From positions 29,115 through 93,114 of the IMG/VR virus record IMGVR_UViG_3300030433_001899: a stretch of DNA of 64,000 nt; one strand, 5' to 3'. Source of the DNA: a virus. Lineage: Duplodnaviria; Caudoviricetes. The position numbers were made by a program, and so were the translations under genes. This document shows, in pieces, positions 40,263-50,589 of this stretch (position 1 is the first letter of the stretch; every line of letters begins with the position of its first letter). The notes below the pieces were generated by a model. It was not told the origin of the DNA and made no database searches. It saw only the letters and a list, made by a program, of their open reading frames with translations.

Positions 40263-40913
40263 ATGAAACTGATTACCGAAGAAGTATCAAACGTAAAGGT
40301 CATTGCCGAAGGCAAAGGTGACGACAAAAAACTCTACATTGAGGGAACTTTCCTTCAAGGCGAGATCAAGAATCGTAATGGGAGAATGTATCCTATTTCG
40401 ACTCTTTCTCGTGAAGTAGATCGTTATTGCGAAACCTTCGTTAATAAGGGTCGTGCCCTTGGAGAACTCGGTCACCCCGATGGTCCTACCGTCAACCTTG
40501 ATCGTGTATCTCATAAAATTACTTCTCTTGTAAGAGAGGGTAATAACTTCAGAGGTAAGGCACAGATTCTTTCTACTCCTATGGGTAAGATTGCATCTTC
40601 ACTTCTTGATGAAGGTGTAAAACTTGGTGTTTCTTCCCGTGGTGTTGGTTCACTTTCAACCACCAGTGAAGGTCACAAAGTTGTCGGTGAAGATTTTCAG
40701 TTAGCAACTGCTGCTGATATCGTTGCCGATCCTTCCGCTCCTGACGCTTTCGTCAATGGAATTATGGAAGGAAAAGAGTGGGTTTGGGAAGGAGGTATGC
40801 TCCGTGAACAACTCGCTGAAAGAACTGAGAAGAAAATTGAGTCCCTTGTCCAGCAAAGGGCACTGGAGGAGCATAAACTCCAGTTGTGGAACGATTTCTT
40901 ATCAAATCTTTGA
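40263..40913 (+). CDS. gp21: prohead core protease gp21
   Basis: NRNGRMY; ALGELGHP; LGVSSRG.GS; DIVADPSAPDAFV. Confidence 0.97.
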   Translation: MKLITEEVSNVKVIAEGKGDDKKLYIEGTFLQGEIKNRNGRMYPISTLSREVDRYCETFVNKGRALGELGHPDGPTVNLDRVSHKITSLVREGNNFRGKAQILSTPMGKIASSLLDEGVKLGVSSRGVGSLSTTSEGHKVVGEDFQLATAADIVADPSAPDAFVNGIMEGKEWVWEGGMLREQLAERTEKKIESLVQQRALEEHKLQLWNDFLSNL

Positions 40914-40915
40914 TT

Positions 40916-40927
40916 TATAAATAAATA
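40916..40927 (+). promoter_or_regulatory. late promoter for gp22-gp23 (overlapping TATAAATA/AATAAATA)
   Basis: TATAAATAAATA directly upstream of gp22. Confidence 0.8.
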
Positions 40928-40950
40928 TAGATTAATACATTTAATCGATA

Positions 40951-42042
40951 ATGTCCGTTGGTAGCAATTTACAAGAAATGGAAAACGTAGTAACCAAAGG
41001 GGCAGCATCAGCCGATCCAATGCCTTCTTCTGGTATCCCAGTTGAAGACCTCGGCGGTCCTACTCCCGAAAACAACAGCCCTACTGATGATTCTAACAAG
41101 CTGAAGGATCCAGCAGCAACTCTTGCTCAGGTAAGAGACGTTGTTAATGCTAAAGCTGCTAGAGCAGAAGAAGTAGAGGTAGAAGAGGATCAAGAGGTCG
41201 TCGCTGAAGCAGAAGAAACCGAGGAAGAAGTAGTTTCTGAAGAAGAGACTACCGAAGAGGAGGTTGTTGCTGAGTCCGAGGAAACCACCGAGGAAGTCAT
41301 CCAAGAAGAAGAGATTGACATCGAAGGCGATGTTCAGGCTCTGCTTGAGGGTGAAGAACTTTCCGAGGAGTTCCAAGAGAAAGCACGTACCATTTTCGAA
41401 GCCGCCATCAAGACCAAGGTCTCCGAAATTAAGGAGAATCTTGAAACTGCCTATCAGCAGGCACTGGTAGAAGAGCTTGAGACTATCAAGGAAGGTCTGA
41501 CCGAGCGTGTCGATTCTTACCTTGAGTATGTTGCAGACGAGTGGATTCAAGAGAATGCACTTCAAGTCGAGCATGGTCTCAAAACCGAGATGACCGAATC
41601 CTTCCTCGAAGGTATGAAGTCACTCTTTGAAGAACATTATGTAACTATTCCTGAAGATAGATATGATGTCATCGAGAGCATGGTAGATAAACTTGATGAA
41701 ATGGAGAATAAACTCAACGAGCAGATTGATCGCAATGTTGCTCTTAATCGCAGATTAGCTGAGTCTACTTCTGACGTTATTTTCGCAGAAGTTGCTGAAG
41801 GTCTCGCACTTTCGCAGAAGGACAAGTTCGCTTCTCTCGCTGAAAATGTTGAGTTTGAAAGTGAAGCAGACTATCGTGAGAAGCTTGTAACTCTGAAGAA
41901 GTCTTACTTCCCAGAGCAAACCAGCACTCAAACTGAAACTACCGAAACTATTTCTGAAGGAGTCATCACTGAGTCTACTCAGCAAGTCTCTGGAAGAATG
42001 GAGTCCTATCTCTCAACACTCGGTAGAGTTTCTAAAAAGTGA
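40951..42042 (+). CDS. gp22: prohead core scaffold protein gp22
   Basis: Glu-rich; LSEEFQEKARTIFEAA; VDSYLEYVADEW; between gp21 and gp23. Confidence 0.95.
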   Translation: MSVGSNLQEMENVVTKGAASADPMPSSGIPVEDLGGPTPENNSPTDDSNKLKDPAATLAQVRDVVNAKAARAEEVEVEEDQEVVAEAEETEEEVVSEEETTEEEVVAESEETTEEVIQEEEIDIEGDVQALLEGEELSEEFQEKARTIFEAAIKTKVSEIKENLETAYQQALVEELETIKEGLTERVDSYLEYVADEWIQENALQVEHGLKTEMTESFLEGMKSLFEEHYVTIPEDRYDVIESMVDKLDEMENKLNEQIDRNVALNRRLAESTSDVIFAEVAEGLALSQKDKFASLAENVEFESEADYREKLVTLKKSYFPEQTSTQTETTETISEGVITESTQQVSGRMESYLSTLGRVSKK

Positions 42043-42092
42043 TTCCTAAATCATAAACATTCAAACTAACTTTTTTTAGAGGTAAATTTCAA

Positions 42093-43496
42093 ATGCAAAT
42101 GCCTAGTTCCCAGGTATTGCAGGAGAAGTGGGCACCCCTTCTCGACTATGAAGGTCTTGATCCTATCAAAGACGCTCATCGTCGTGCAGTAACTGCTCAA
42201 CTCCTGGAAAACCAAGAAGTCGCTCTTAACGAAGAGAAAGAATTTCTTTACGAAACCCCAACTGTACACACCAACTCAGGAACTAATCCTGGTTTCAGTG
42301 CTGACGCCGCTGCTGGTGGTCCTGTTGCTGGTTTCGACCCTGTTCTGATCTCCTTGATCAGACGCTCTATGCCTAACCTGGTCGCTTATGACCTCGCTGG
42401 CGTACAACCAATGACTGGTCCTACTGGACTCATCTTCGCGATGCGCTCCCGTTATGCCAACCAGTCTGGCACCGAAGCATTCTTCAACGAGCCTGATACC
42501 GCATTCTCCGGTCAGGACACCGATGGCGATCGTACCAATGGATTCTCCAATGGTGCAGTTGGTTTCGGTACTACTGGTGGTACTGGTCTGACCGGTGCAA
42601 CCAACCCTGCCGCTCTGAACCCAGAAGGCGGTCAGACTGCTACTACATATCCTGTTGGTCAGGGTATGCGTACAGACGACGCTGAAAACCTTGGAGACAC
42701 TGGAAGTGCCTTCAACGAGATGGCATTCAGCATCGAGAAGGTCACCGTAACTGCTAAGTCACGTGCCCTGAAAGCTGAGTACAGCCTTGAGCTTGCTCAG
42801 GACTTGAAAGCCATTCACGGTCTGAACGCTGAAGCTGAACTCGCCAACATTCTCTCCACTGAGATTCTTGCCGAGATCAACCGTGAAGTCATCCGTACCA
42901 TCTACAAGTCTGCTGAGTCTGGTGCACAAACCAACGTAGCAACTCTTGGTGCTTTCGACCTCGACACCGACTCCAACGGTCGCTGGTCTGTTGAGAAGTT
43001 CAAAGGTCTGATCTTCCAGATCGAAAGAGACGCCAACGCGATTGCCCAGCGCACTCGTCGTGGCAAGGGCAACATGATCCTCTGCTCCGCAGACGTTGCC
43101 TCCGCTCTGACCATGGCTGGTGTACTCGACTACACCCCTGCTCTGAACGCCAACCTGAACGTTGATGACACTGGTAACACCTTCGCTGGTGTTCTTGCTG
43201 GTAAGTTCCGCGTCTACATCGACCCATATTCTGCTAACGTTGCTGCTGATCAGTACTACGTTGCTGGTTATAAGGGTTCTTCACCTTATGACGCTGGTCT
43301 GTTCTACTGCCCATATGTCCCCCTCCAGATGGTTCGTGCCGTCGGTCAGGACACCTTCCAGCCTAAGATTGGCTTCAAGACCCGCTACGGCATGGTCGCC
43401 AACCCATTCGCTGCTGGTACTACCCAAGGATTGGGTGCACTCCAGGCAAACGCCAACCGCTACTATCGTCGCGTCAAGGTTCAAAACCTCATGTGA
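42093..43496 (+). CDS. gp23: major capsid protein gp23
   Basis: FDPVLISLIRRSMPNL.AYD..GVQPM.GPTGLIFAMR; ELAQDLKAIHGL.AE.EL; FYCPYVPL; FQPKIGFKTRYG. Confidence 0.99.
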   Translation: MQMPSSQVLQEKWAPLLDYEGLDPIKDAHRRAVTAQLLENQEVALNEEKEFLYETPTVHTNSGTNPGFSADAAAGGPVAGFDPVLISLIRRSMPNLVAYDLAGVQPMTGPTGLIFAMRSRYANQSGTEAFFNEPDTAFSGQDTDGDRTNGFSNGAVGFGTTGGTGLTGATNPAALNPEGGQTATTYPVGQGMRTDDAENLGDTGSAFNEMAFSIEKVTVTAKSRALKAEYSLELAQDLKAIHGLNAEAELANILSTEILAEINREVIRTIYKSAESGAQTNVATLGAFDLDTDSNGRWSVEKFKGLIFQIERDANAIAQRTRRGKGNMILCSADVASALTMAGVLDYTPALNANLNVDDTGNTFAGVLAGKFRVYIDPYSANVAADQYYVAGYKGSSPYDAGLFYCPYVPLQMVRAVGQDTFQPKIGFKTRYGMVANPFAAGTTQGLGALQANANRYYRRVKVQNLM

Positions 43497-43516
43497 TTCT
43501 GTTCACATATTTCTGG

Positions 43517-43541
43517 GAGGGTCTTCGGACCCTCTTTTTTT
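43517..43541 (+). terminator. intrinsic terminator with cUUCGg tetraloop
   Basis: GAGGGTC-TTCG-GACCCTC followed by T7, after gp23. Confidence 0.92.
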
Positions 43542-43567
43542 ATGCTAAATAGCTAAAAAACATTCCC

Positions 43568-43792
43568 ATGGCTACTAGTTGTCACATTACAAGAACTAGC
43601 ATTGTCACTGGTCAGACAATGTATCTGGTAGAAAACCAGAGATGGTCTGATGACTTCGCTGATCGTAAAATCTTTCCATCACTGACTGCTGCTAATACAG
43701 TCATTGCCCCTACCACAAGAACCATTGGTGGTGTTGAAGTATCAAATGCCAACGGTGGTTTCAAGAATGCTACCGTAGTTCCAGAAGCATGA
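43568..43792 (+). CDS. small late hypothetical protein
   Basis: 74 aa; CTAAATA late promoter at 43545-43551. Confidence 0.7.
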   Translation: MATSCHITRTSIVTGQTMYLVENQRWSDDFADRKIFPSLTAANTVIAPTTRTIGGVEVSNANGGFKNATVVPEA

Positions 43793-44343
43793 CCCGTTCC
43801 CCCTTTGGTAAACAGATAGAAAACAGAAATTTTCTATCACCAGTTGGTTTTAAATTTTCCCTTGGTAAAACACCAAAGGCGGACTTTTTCTGTACCAGTG
43901 CAAGAATACCTGAGTTGAGTCTTCAAACAGCAACTCAACCAGGATATCTTAAGGATATTGATGTACCTGGAGAGAAGTTGAGTTTTGGTGATCTTACCCT
44001 CAGATTCCTTGTGGATGAGGATATGGTCAACTATATGGCAATACACAACTGGCTAACAGGTCTTGGTTTCCCAGAAACCACAAAAGACTTTGCAGACCTC
44101 ACAACGGATGCTGATGGTCTCAAGAACCAGTTAGAAGAACAGTTTAGTGATGGTAGTCTCTCCATCTTAAACAGCAACTATCGTGTAAGCACTGTAGTTA
44201 AGTTTCAGGATTTGTTCCCAGTATCTTTGACCTCTCTTGAGTTCGATACCACACAACAGGACATTCAGTACTTTACAGCAGAGGCAACTTTCAGGTATAC
44301 TGTCTACTATATAACTGATTCGGACGGCAGAACACGCCTATGA
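43789..44343 (+). CDS. gp3: tail tube terminator/tail completion protein gp3
   Basis: NFLSPVGFKF; PGEKLSFGDLTLRFLVDEDM.NY..IHNW; FPVSL..L.FD; usual position after gp23. Confidence 0.88.
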   Translation: MTRSPFGKQIENRNFLSPVGFKFSLGKTPKADFFCTSARIPELSLQTATQPGYLKDIDVPGEKLSFGDLTLRFLVDEDMVNYMAIHNWLTGLGFPETTKDFADLTTDADGLKNQLEEQFSDGSLSILNSNYRVSTVVKFQDLFPVSLTSLEFDTTQQDIQYFTAEATFRYTVYYITDSDGRTRL

Positions 44344-44771
44344 TGGACCTTGATAAAATTCAGGAGATGTGGCAGAACGATTCTGTCATTGATCCTGATA
44401 ACCTACATGATGAGTCTCTAAAAATACCACAACTTCATTCGAAGTATTATACAGTATACAATACTATCTCCCTCCTTCGTGAGAAGGCAAGAGATAACTA
44501 TAAGCGTGTAAAACTTGAACGATATAACTTCTACACTGGTAAGGCACCAGTAGAAGCATATGTGGAAGAACCCTTCCCATATAAAGTTCGTGAGAAAGAC
44601 GCTATCCAAAGGTATCTGGATGCAGATGAAAAACTGACCAATATCGATCTTAAGATTCGATACTATGATGTTCAGTTAAAGTTTCTGGAAGAAGTCATCA
44701 AGACTATTGCCAACAGAACCTTTCAAATTAAAAATGCCATTGAATGGCAAAAGTTCCAAGCAGGTTTCTAA
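44340..44771 (+). CDS. uvsY: recombination mediator UvsY
   Basis: W..DS.ID...L..ES..IP.LH.KY; NRTFQIKNAIEW.KF.AG. Confidence 0.92.
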   Translation: MMDLDKIQEMWQNDSVIDPDNLHDESLKIPQLHSKYYTVYNTISLLREKARDNYKRVKLERYNFYTGKAPVEAYVEEPFPYKVREKDAIQRYLDADEKLTNIDLKIRYYDVQLKFLEEVIKTIANRTFQIKNAIEWQKFQAGF

Positions 44772-44989
44772 TGGAAGACGATTGGCAGTATGCAGAAAAC
44801 GACTTCAATGAAGATCTTCCTTTCATTGAACTGCAATTTGGTATAGAAGATCTATACTTACTATATCAGTCAGTAAAGTATCGCTATGAGCAATGGCCAG
44901 GTGGACACCCTGACGAACAAGCAAGACTTCTATATTTAAAAAACTTTCTCTACAGAGTTGTTTTAGAATACAAGTTTAAGATTGAGTGA
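44771..44989 (+). CDS. hypothetical protein
   Basis: ATG 44771 in a TAATG overlap; MEDDWQY...WPGGHPDEQARL. Confidence 0.7.
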   Translation: MEDDWQYAENDFNEDLPFIELQFGIEDLYLLYQSVKYRYEQWPGGHPDEQARLLYLKNFLYRVVLEYKFKIE

Positions 44990-45017
44990 TAAATATCTAT
45001 AACTATTGTTATGGATA

Positions 45018-46481
45018 ATGTCACATTTGATTATATCCAAAAAGAATGAGGTATATCTAAAGGTTGAGGCAGAACCGCATGTCTACTACGAGTTAGCAGA
45101 CCAATTTACCTTTGATGTACCTGGCGCAAAGTTTATGCCCCAATACCGTAACAAGTATTGGGACGGTAAGATACGTCTGTTTAATACACAGACTGGAGAA
45201 ATTTACGTTGGACTATTAGATAAGGTCACACGCTTCTGTGATGACCATGGATACTCTTATGAGTTCACGAACAACAAGTTCTATGGAACTCCTTTTGAGA
45301 CAAATGACATGATCTCAAAAGAGGGTGTGAAAGATTATATGAATGCTATCTGCAAGTATTCACCTAGGGAGTATCAAGTTGATGGCGTATTCGACGCTCT
45401 AAAACATAATAGAAAGCTGTTGATATCCCCAACTGCATCGGGAAAGTCTTTGATGATATACTCGATTGTGAGATATCACGTTGAGCGCGGACAAAATACT
45501 CTGATAGTTGTTCCGACGACTTCCCTAGTAGAACAGATGTATAAAGATTTTGCAGACTATGGTTGGGACGTAGGTTCATATTGCCACAAGATTTACGCTG
45601 GTAGAGAAAGAGAGACAGACTCTCAAGTCATTATCACTACCTGGCAATCGATCTACAAACTCCCCCGAAAATATTTTGAACGTTTTAACGTAGTGGTTGG
45701 GGATGAGGCTCACCAGTTTAAAAGCAAGTCATTAATATCTATAATGTCTAAACTCTGTGACGCCAAGTATCGTTACGGGTTTACAGGGACACTTGATGGC
45801 ACACAAACTCACAAGTGGGTTCTTGAAGGTTTATTTGGTCCATCGTATAAAATTATCAGAACTGAAGAGTTAATGGCAAAGGGGCATGTTGCCAAACTGG
45901 ATATCAATGTTCTTCTACTGAAGCACCCTGCACATAAGTTTGAAACTTTTGAAGATGAAGTCCAGTATATCATCAATCACGAAAGACGCAACAAGTTCAT
46001 TAGAAACTTAGCACTCGACCTCAAAGGCAATACTCTTATCTTATTCGCCAGAGTAGAAGGTCACGGGCTACCATTATTTGAGATGATAAATAACGGTAGG
46101 TTGGATGACCGCCATGTATTCTTTGTCCATGGTGGTGTTGGGACAGAAGATAGAGAACAAGTAAGGGAGATTACTGAAAAAGAGAACGACGCAATCATCG
46201 TTGCTTCATACGGAACATTCAGTACAGGAATCAACATTAAGAATCTCCACAATGTTATTTTTGCTTCTCCTTCTAAGTCCAGAATACGTAACCTCCAATC
46301 AATTGGAAGAGTCCTCAGAAAAGGCAATAACAAAACAAAGGCAACTCTATATGATATCGCTGACGATATATCCTACAAATCCAGGAAAAATTATACCCTT
46401 AATCATTTGATTGAAAGAATAAAAGTTTATAACGAAGAAAACTTTAATTACGACATTGTAAACATTCCGCTTAAAAACTAA
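45018..46481 (+). CDS. uvsW: SF2 helicase UvsW
   Basis: SPTASGKS, DEAH, GFTGT, QSIGRVLR; WDGKIRLF. GATAAATA late promoter at 44988-44995. Confidence 0.96.
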   Translation: MSHLIISKKNEVYLKVEAEPHVYYELADQFTFDVPGAKFMPQYRNKYWDGKIRLFNTQTGEIYVGLLDKVTRFCDDHGYSYEFTNNKFYGTPFETNDMISKEGVKDYMNAICKYSPREYQVDGVFDALKHNRKLLISPTASGKSLMIYSIVRYHVERGQNTLIVVPTTSLVEQMYKDFADYGWDVGSYCHKIYAGRERETDSQVIITTWQSIYKLPRKYFERFNVVVGDEAHQFKSKSLISIMSKLCDAKYRYGFTGTLDGTQTHKWVLEGLFGPSYKIIRTEELMAKGHVAKLDINVLLLKHPAHKFETFEDEVQYIINHERRNKFIRNLALDLKGNTLILFARVEGHGLPLFEMINNGRLDDRHVFFVHGGVGTEDREQVREITEKENDAIIVASYGTFSTGINIKNLHNVIFASPSKSRIRNLQSIGRVLRKGNNKTKATLYDIADDISYKSRKNYTLNHLIERIKVYNEENFNYDIVNIPLKN

Positions 46482-46888
46482 TGGGAGATGAATTCTATAG
46501 TTCAATAAAACTTATCACTGGTGAAGAAGTCTTTGCATTGGTCTCTACCGATGAACTTAATGATAAGACTATTCTTATATTACAAAATCCAGTAATAATG
46601 AAAGTAGTGAACTCACCTCATGGTTCAGTAATGAAACTGAGACCATGGATGCAAGTACCTAGTGATGACCTTTATATTATTCACTATGATAAAGTCATTA
46701 CTATGACTGAGGTTACTGATCCTCAAGTCATTAGTATATACAATAGTTACGTTGAAGAAGAAGACTTCAATGAACACTCTGATGGTCATCAAACAAGATT
46801 AACAGAAGATATGGGGTATGTATCTTCAGTAGATGAAACTCGAATGAAACTTGAAGAACTTTTCAAGAAGGATTCTAAAGAAAGCTAA
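46481..46888 (+). CDS. conserved hypothetical protein (Sm-like IKL.TGEE N-terminus)
   Basis: IKLITGEEV...NP...PW pattern; usual neighbour between uvsW and gp55. Confidence 0.75.
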   Translation: MGDEFYSSIKLITGEEVFALVSTDELNDKTILILQNPVIMKVVNSPHGSVMKLRPWMQVPSDDLYIIHYDKVITMTEVTDPQVISIYNSYVEEEDFNEHSDGHQTRLTEDMGYVSSVDETRMKLEELFKKDSKES

Positions 46889-46936
46889 ATCTTCTCTTCA
46901 AAAGCGACAAACCTAGTCTATAGAAGAATCACTAAG

Positions 46937-46964
46937 TTGTCAAGCCCTAATAGTATGCTATAAT
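46937..46964 (+). promoter_or_regulatory. sigma70-like promoter of gp55
   Basis: TTGTCA-16 nt-TATAAT with extended -10 (TGc). Confidence 0.65.
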
Positions 46965-46995
46965 GTTCATAACAGAATAACTACAGAACAATGTT

Positions 46996-47514
46996 ATGTC
47001 CAAGAAGAAATCAGAACATTATGTAAATAATAAAGAACTTTTAGAAGCACTCATCGTATACAGAGCAAAAGTTGCTGATAGTTTCAGAGAGATCAACGGT
47101 AGAGAACCCACTAAGGAAGATCGTTCTAAGCGTTGGGTAGGAAAACCACCTATTACGAATTATCTTGGTGAATGCTTCTTGAAGATCGCAACACACCTTT
47201 CTTATAAGCCAAACTTTGTTAACTACATGTTCAGAGACGATATGATCTCTGATGGTATTGAGAACTGTGTTCAATACATTCATAACTTTGACCCAGAGAA
47301 GTCTAAGAACCCATTTGCATACTTCACTCAGATTATTCACTATGCCTTTCTGAGACGCATCCAGAAGGAGAAGAAGCAACTGGAGATCAAGAGCAAGATC
47401 ATTGAACGAACTGGTTATGATGAAGTCATGATGGTTGACGACAGCTTGCTTTCCAACAGTAGTTCCGACTATAATACTATCAAAGATAATATCGCTCAGA
47501 AGACTAATCGATGA
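46996..47514 (+). CDS. gp55: late-transcription sigma factor gp55
   Basis: HYVNNKE; KIA.HLS.KPNF.NY; DMI.DG.ENC; NPFAYFTQI..YAF.RRI.KEK. Confidence 0.96.
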   Translation: MSKKKSEHYVNNKELLEALIVYRAKVADSFREINGREPTKEDRSKRWVGKPPITNYLGECFLKIATHLSYKPNFVNYMFRDDMISDGIENCVQYIHNFDPEKSKNPFAYFTQIIHYAFLRRIQKEKKQLEIKSKIIERTGYDEVMMVDDSLLSNSSSDYNTIKDNIAQKTNR

Positions 47515-48551
47515 AGGTTGCTATCATTACAGACCAACACTTCGGTGCTCGTAAGAGTTCCAAGTTTCTTCATGATCATTTTGAGAAGTTCTATAATGAT
47601 ATCTTCTTTCCATATCTTGAGGAAAACGATATCAAGATCGTTATCGATATGGGCGATACTTTTGATAACAGACGTTCTATCGATCTGTGGGCACTTGAAT
47701 GGGCAAAGGAAAAATACTACGATCGTCTTGAAAAGTTAGGGGTAACTGTTCATACTATCGTAGGAAACCACACTGCTTACTATAAGAATACCAACGACAT
47801 TAGTTCTGTAGATTTGTTGTTGAAACAGTATAGTAATGTCAAGATTTATTCAAACCCGACAGAAGTCAAGATAGATAATCTCAATGTATTGTTTATTCCT
47901 TGGATCAATGCGGAAAATTTTGAGGATACTGTCAACGCAATTAAAGTATCAAGTAGCACGTGCGCGATGGGGCACCTTGAACTCAACGGATTTAGAGCGC
48001 ATCGCGGACACGTCATGGAAGACGGTATGGATGGCAAACTATTTGAGAAGTTCGAGCGGACATTTTCGGGTCATTACCATACACGATCAGACGACGGGAA
48101 AGTCTTCTACTTAGGAAACCCATATGAAATGTTCTGGAATGATGTTAACGATACTCGTGGCTTTCACATCTTCGATACTGAAACTCTGGAACATATTCCT
48201 GTAAATAACCCTTACAAGTTGTTCTACAATATCTACTATGAGGATACTCCTCATCAGATGTTTGATACAACTTCTTACGAAAACAAAATTGTAAAGGTTA
48301 TCGTCAAGAAGAAGAGCAACCCTAAAAACTTTGAGAAGTTCATTGATAAACTTTACAGTGCTGGTATTCACGAACTCAAGATAGTTGAGAACTTTGAAAT
48401 ACAAGAAAGTGAAGACTTTGAAGTTGAGGATTCGGAAAACACTATTTCTATTTTGAATAGATATATTGATGAAGCAGAAATTGATTGCGATAAAGCAATA
48501 GTCAAAAGTATTCTTCAGAAGGTATATTCGCAGGCGTGTGAGGTCGAATAA
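47511..48551 (+). CDS. gp47: recombination endonuclease subunit gp47 (Mre11/SbcD-like)
   Basis: TDQHFG, GDTFD.R, GNH, SGHYH metallophosphoesterase motifs. Confidence 0.95.
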   Translation: MKVAIITDQHFGARKSSKFLHDHFEKFYNDIFFPYLEENDIKIVIDMGDTFDNRRSIDLWALEWAKEKYYDRLEKLGVTVHTIVGNHTAYYKNTNDISSVDLLLKQYSNVKIYSNPTEVKIDNLNVLFIPWINAENFEDTVNAIKVSSSTCAMGHLELNGFRAHRGHVMEDGMDGKLFEKFERTFSGHYHTRSDDGKVFYLGNPYEMFWNDVNDTRGFHIFDTETLEHIPVNNPYKLFYNIYYEDTPHQMFDTTSYENKIVKVIVKKKSNPKNFEKFIDKLYSAGIHELKIVENFEIQESEDFEVEDSENTISILNRYIDEAEIDCDKAIVKSILQKVYSQACEVE

Positions 48552-48826
48552 TGTTTCTTCTTACTCTCAAAGACAAAAAAGATGAGGGTGCTTATGCCGT
48601 TCATGATAAGAGGGGTAACAAGGTTCTCTTTTTGTTTGAGGAAGAAGATGATGCTGAGAGATATGCAATGATGCTTGAGGATGAAGAAGAGACTGAGATG
48701 ACGGTTGTAGAAGTAGATGATGAGCTTGCAATAAAGACGTGCAGGATGTACAATTATAAGTATGCAGTGATTACCCCTAACGACTTCGTTATACCTCCTA
48801 AGAATGATAACCTTTCAGAAAATTAA
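48551..48826 (+). CDS. conserved hypothetical protein (DUF3110-like)
   Basis: FEEEDDAERYA.ML and FVIPP motifs. Confidence 0.7.
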   Translation: MFLLTLKDKKDEGAYAVHDKRGNKVLFLFEEEDDAERYAMMLEDEEETEMTVVEVDDELAIKTCRMYNYKYAVITPNDFVIPPKNDNLSEN

Positions 48827-50522
48827 GTGGAAAAACTTTTTGTCAACGGGCAATCAGTTTACTGAGGTAGACTTTGAGCAGTCTCCAACTAACCTTATTA
48901 TTGGAACAAACGGTGCTGGCAAGTCTACTATTCTAGACGCACTTACTTTTGTTTTATTCAATAAACCATACAGAAAGATCAACAAACCTCAGTTAGTGAA
49001 TACCACTAATGAGCGTGAGTGTCTTGTTGAAATTGAGTTTGAAATTAATACTCGTCAGTACATTGTAAGACGTGGTATCAAACCCAATGTATTCGATATT
49101 GTTGTGAATGGTAACCAACTGCATCGTGAAGCGGATGACCGTTCGATGCAGCGTATCCTAGAAGAAAATATTCTCAAACTGAACTACAAGTCTTTTACTC
49201 AGATTGTCATCCTGGGTAGCAGCACTTTTGTTCCTTTCATGCAGTTGACTTCTTCCAACCGTCGTGAGGTTATTGAAGACCTGCTTGATATTCGTATCTT
49301 CTCTGCGATGAATAATATCATTAAGGAGACCCTGAAAGAAAAGAAGAACCAGGTCAAGTCTCTTGATCTGAAGAGAGAAACTCTCAAGGATAAGATGAAG
49401 ATGCAGAAGAACTTCATTGAAGAACTTGAGAATCGTGGTAAGGCTAACATTGAAGCAAACAAGAAGAAAGTTGATAAACTCCTGAAAGAAGTTGATGTTT
49501 ATATTGAAGAGAATGAAAATACTGAAGAGGTCGTAAAAGGTAAAACTAAAGAACAGGAAGCAGTCACTGGAGCAACTAAAAAGTTATCAAAACTAAACAA
49601 TCTAAAGGGCAAAATATCGAATAAAGTTGCAACTATTACCAAGGAGCATAAGTTCTTCACTGAAAATACGGTATGCCCTACTTGTACCCAGGAGATTGAA
49701 GAAGAGTTTCGGTTAAATAGAATTACCGACGCTCAAGATAAGGCGAAGGAACTTAAAGAAGGTTACGATGAACTCGCAAACGCTATCAAGTTCGAACAAG
49801 AAAGAGAGCGTCAGTTTACAGTCCTATCTCAGGAGATCACTAAACTAACGCATGACATTTCTCAAAACAATACTAGAATTTCTATCAATCAGCGACAGAT
49901 CCGCGAATGCGAACATGAAATTCAAACTATTACCAGTAACCTACAGAACAGAAATTCTGAACATGAGAAACTAGAGGAGTTTAAGGATAGTCTCCAACGA
50001 ACAATAGAAGAACTAGCAGACAAAAAACAAGAAATCGTTTATAACGATTTTGCCTATTCCCTTCTAAAGGATGATGGCGTAAAAACAAAAATCATTAAGA
50101 AGTATCTTCCATTCATCAATCAACAGGTCAATCGTTATCTTCAGATGATGGAGTTTTTCATAAACTTCCAACTGAACGAAGAGTTCAACGAATCAGTGAA
50201 GTCACCCATCCACGAAGACTTTTCATATAGTTCTTTCAGTGAAGGTGAAAAGATGAGAATCGACCTTGCCCTACTCTTCACCTGGCGTGAAGTAGCGCGT
50301 GTCAAAAACTCCGCAAACACTAACCTGTTGATTATGGATGAAGTCTTTGACTCATCTCTTGATGGTTTTGGAACCGACGAGTTCCTAAAGATCATTCGGT
50401 ATGTTATTAAGGATGCTAATATCTTTGTTATCTCTCATAAGACTGATATGCAAGACAAGTTCGAAAGGACTGTTAAGTTTGACAAGATGAAAGGATTCTC
50501 CCGAATAGTGAGTGCCAGTTGA
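48804..50522 (+). CDS. gp46: recombination ATPase gp46 (Rad50/SbcC-like)
   Basis: KNFLSTGN, G.NGAGKST, CPTC zinc hook, FSEGEK signature, LIMDEVFD, ISH. Confidence 0.96.
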   Translation: MITFQKIKWKNFLSTGNQFTEVDFEQSPTNLIIGTNGAGKSTILDALTFVLFNKPYRKINKPQLVNTTNERECLVEIEFEINTRQYIVRRGIKPNVFDIVVNGNQLHREADDRSMQRILEENILKLNYKSFTQIVILGSSTFVPFMQLTSSNRREVIEDLLDIRIFSAMNNIIKETLKEKKNQVKSLDLKRETLKDKMKMQKNFIEELENRGKANIEANKKKVDKLLKEVDVYIEENENTEEVVKGKTKEQEAVTGATKKLSKLNNLKGKISNKVATITKEHKFFTENTVCPTCTQEIEEEFRLNRITDAQDKAKELKEGYDELANAIKFEQERERQFTVLSQEITKLTHDISQNNTRISINQRQIRECEHEIQTITSNLQNRNSEHEKLEEFKDSLQRTIEELADKKQEIVYNDFAYSLLKDDGVKTKIIKKYLPFINQQVNRYLQMMEFFINFQLNEEFNESVKSPIHEDFSYSSFSEGEKMRIDLALLFTWREVARVKNSANTNLLIMDEVFDSSLDGFGTDEFLKIIRYVIKDANIFVISHKTDMQDKFERTVKFDKMKGFSRIVSAS

Positions 50523-50568
50523 ACAGGTGTCCTAGACCTCGCCTTGCGGCGGGGTTTTTTTGTATAAT
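50512..50568 (+). promoter_or_regulatory. palindrome-like motif + terminator hairpin + -10 box
   Basis: GTGCCAGTT-gaacag-GTGTCC (50512-50532), hairpin ACCTCGCC-ttgc-GGCGGGGT plus T run, then TATAAT at 50563. Confidence 0.7.
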
Positions 50569-50589
50569 AAGTCTATACGCATCAAAGTA

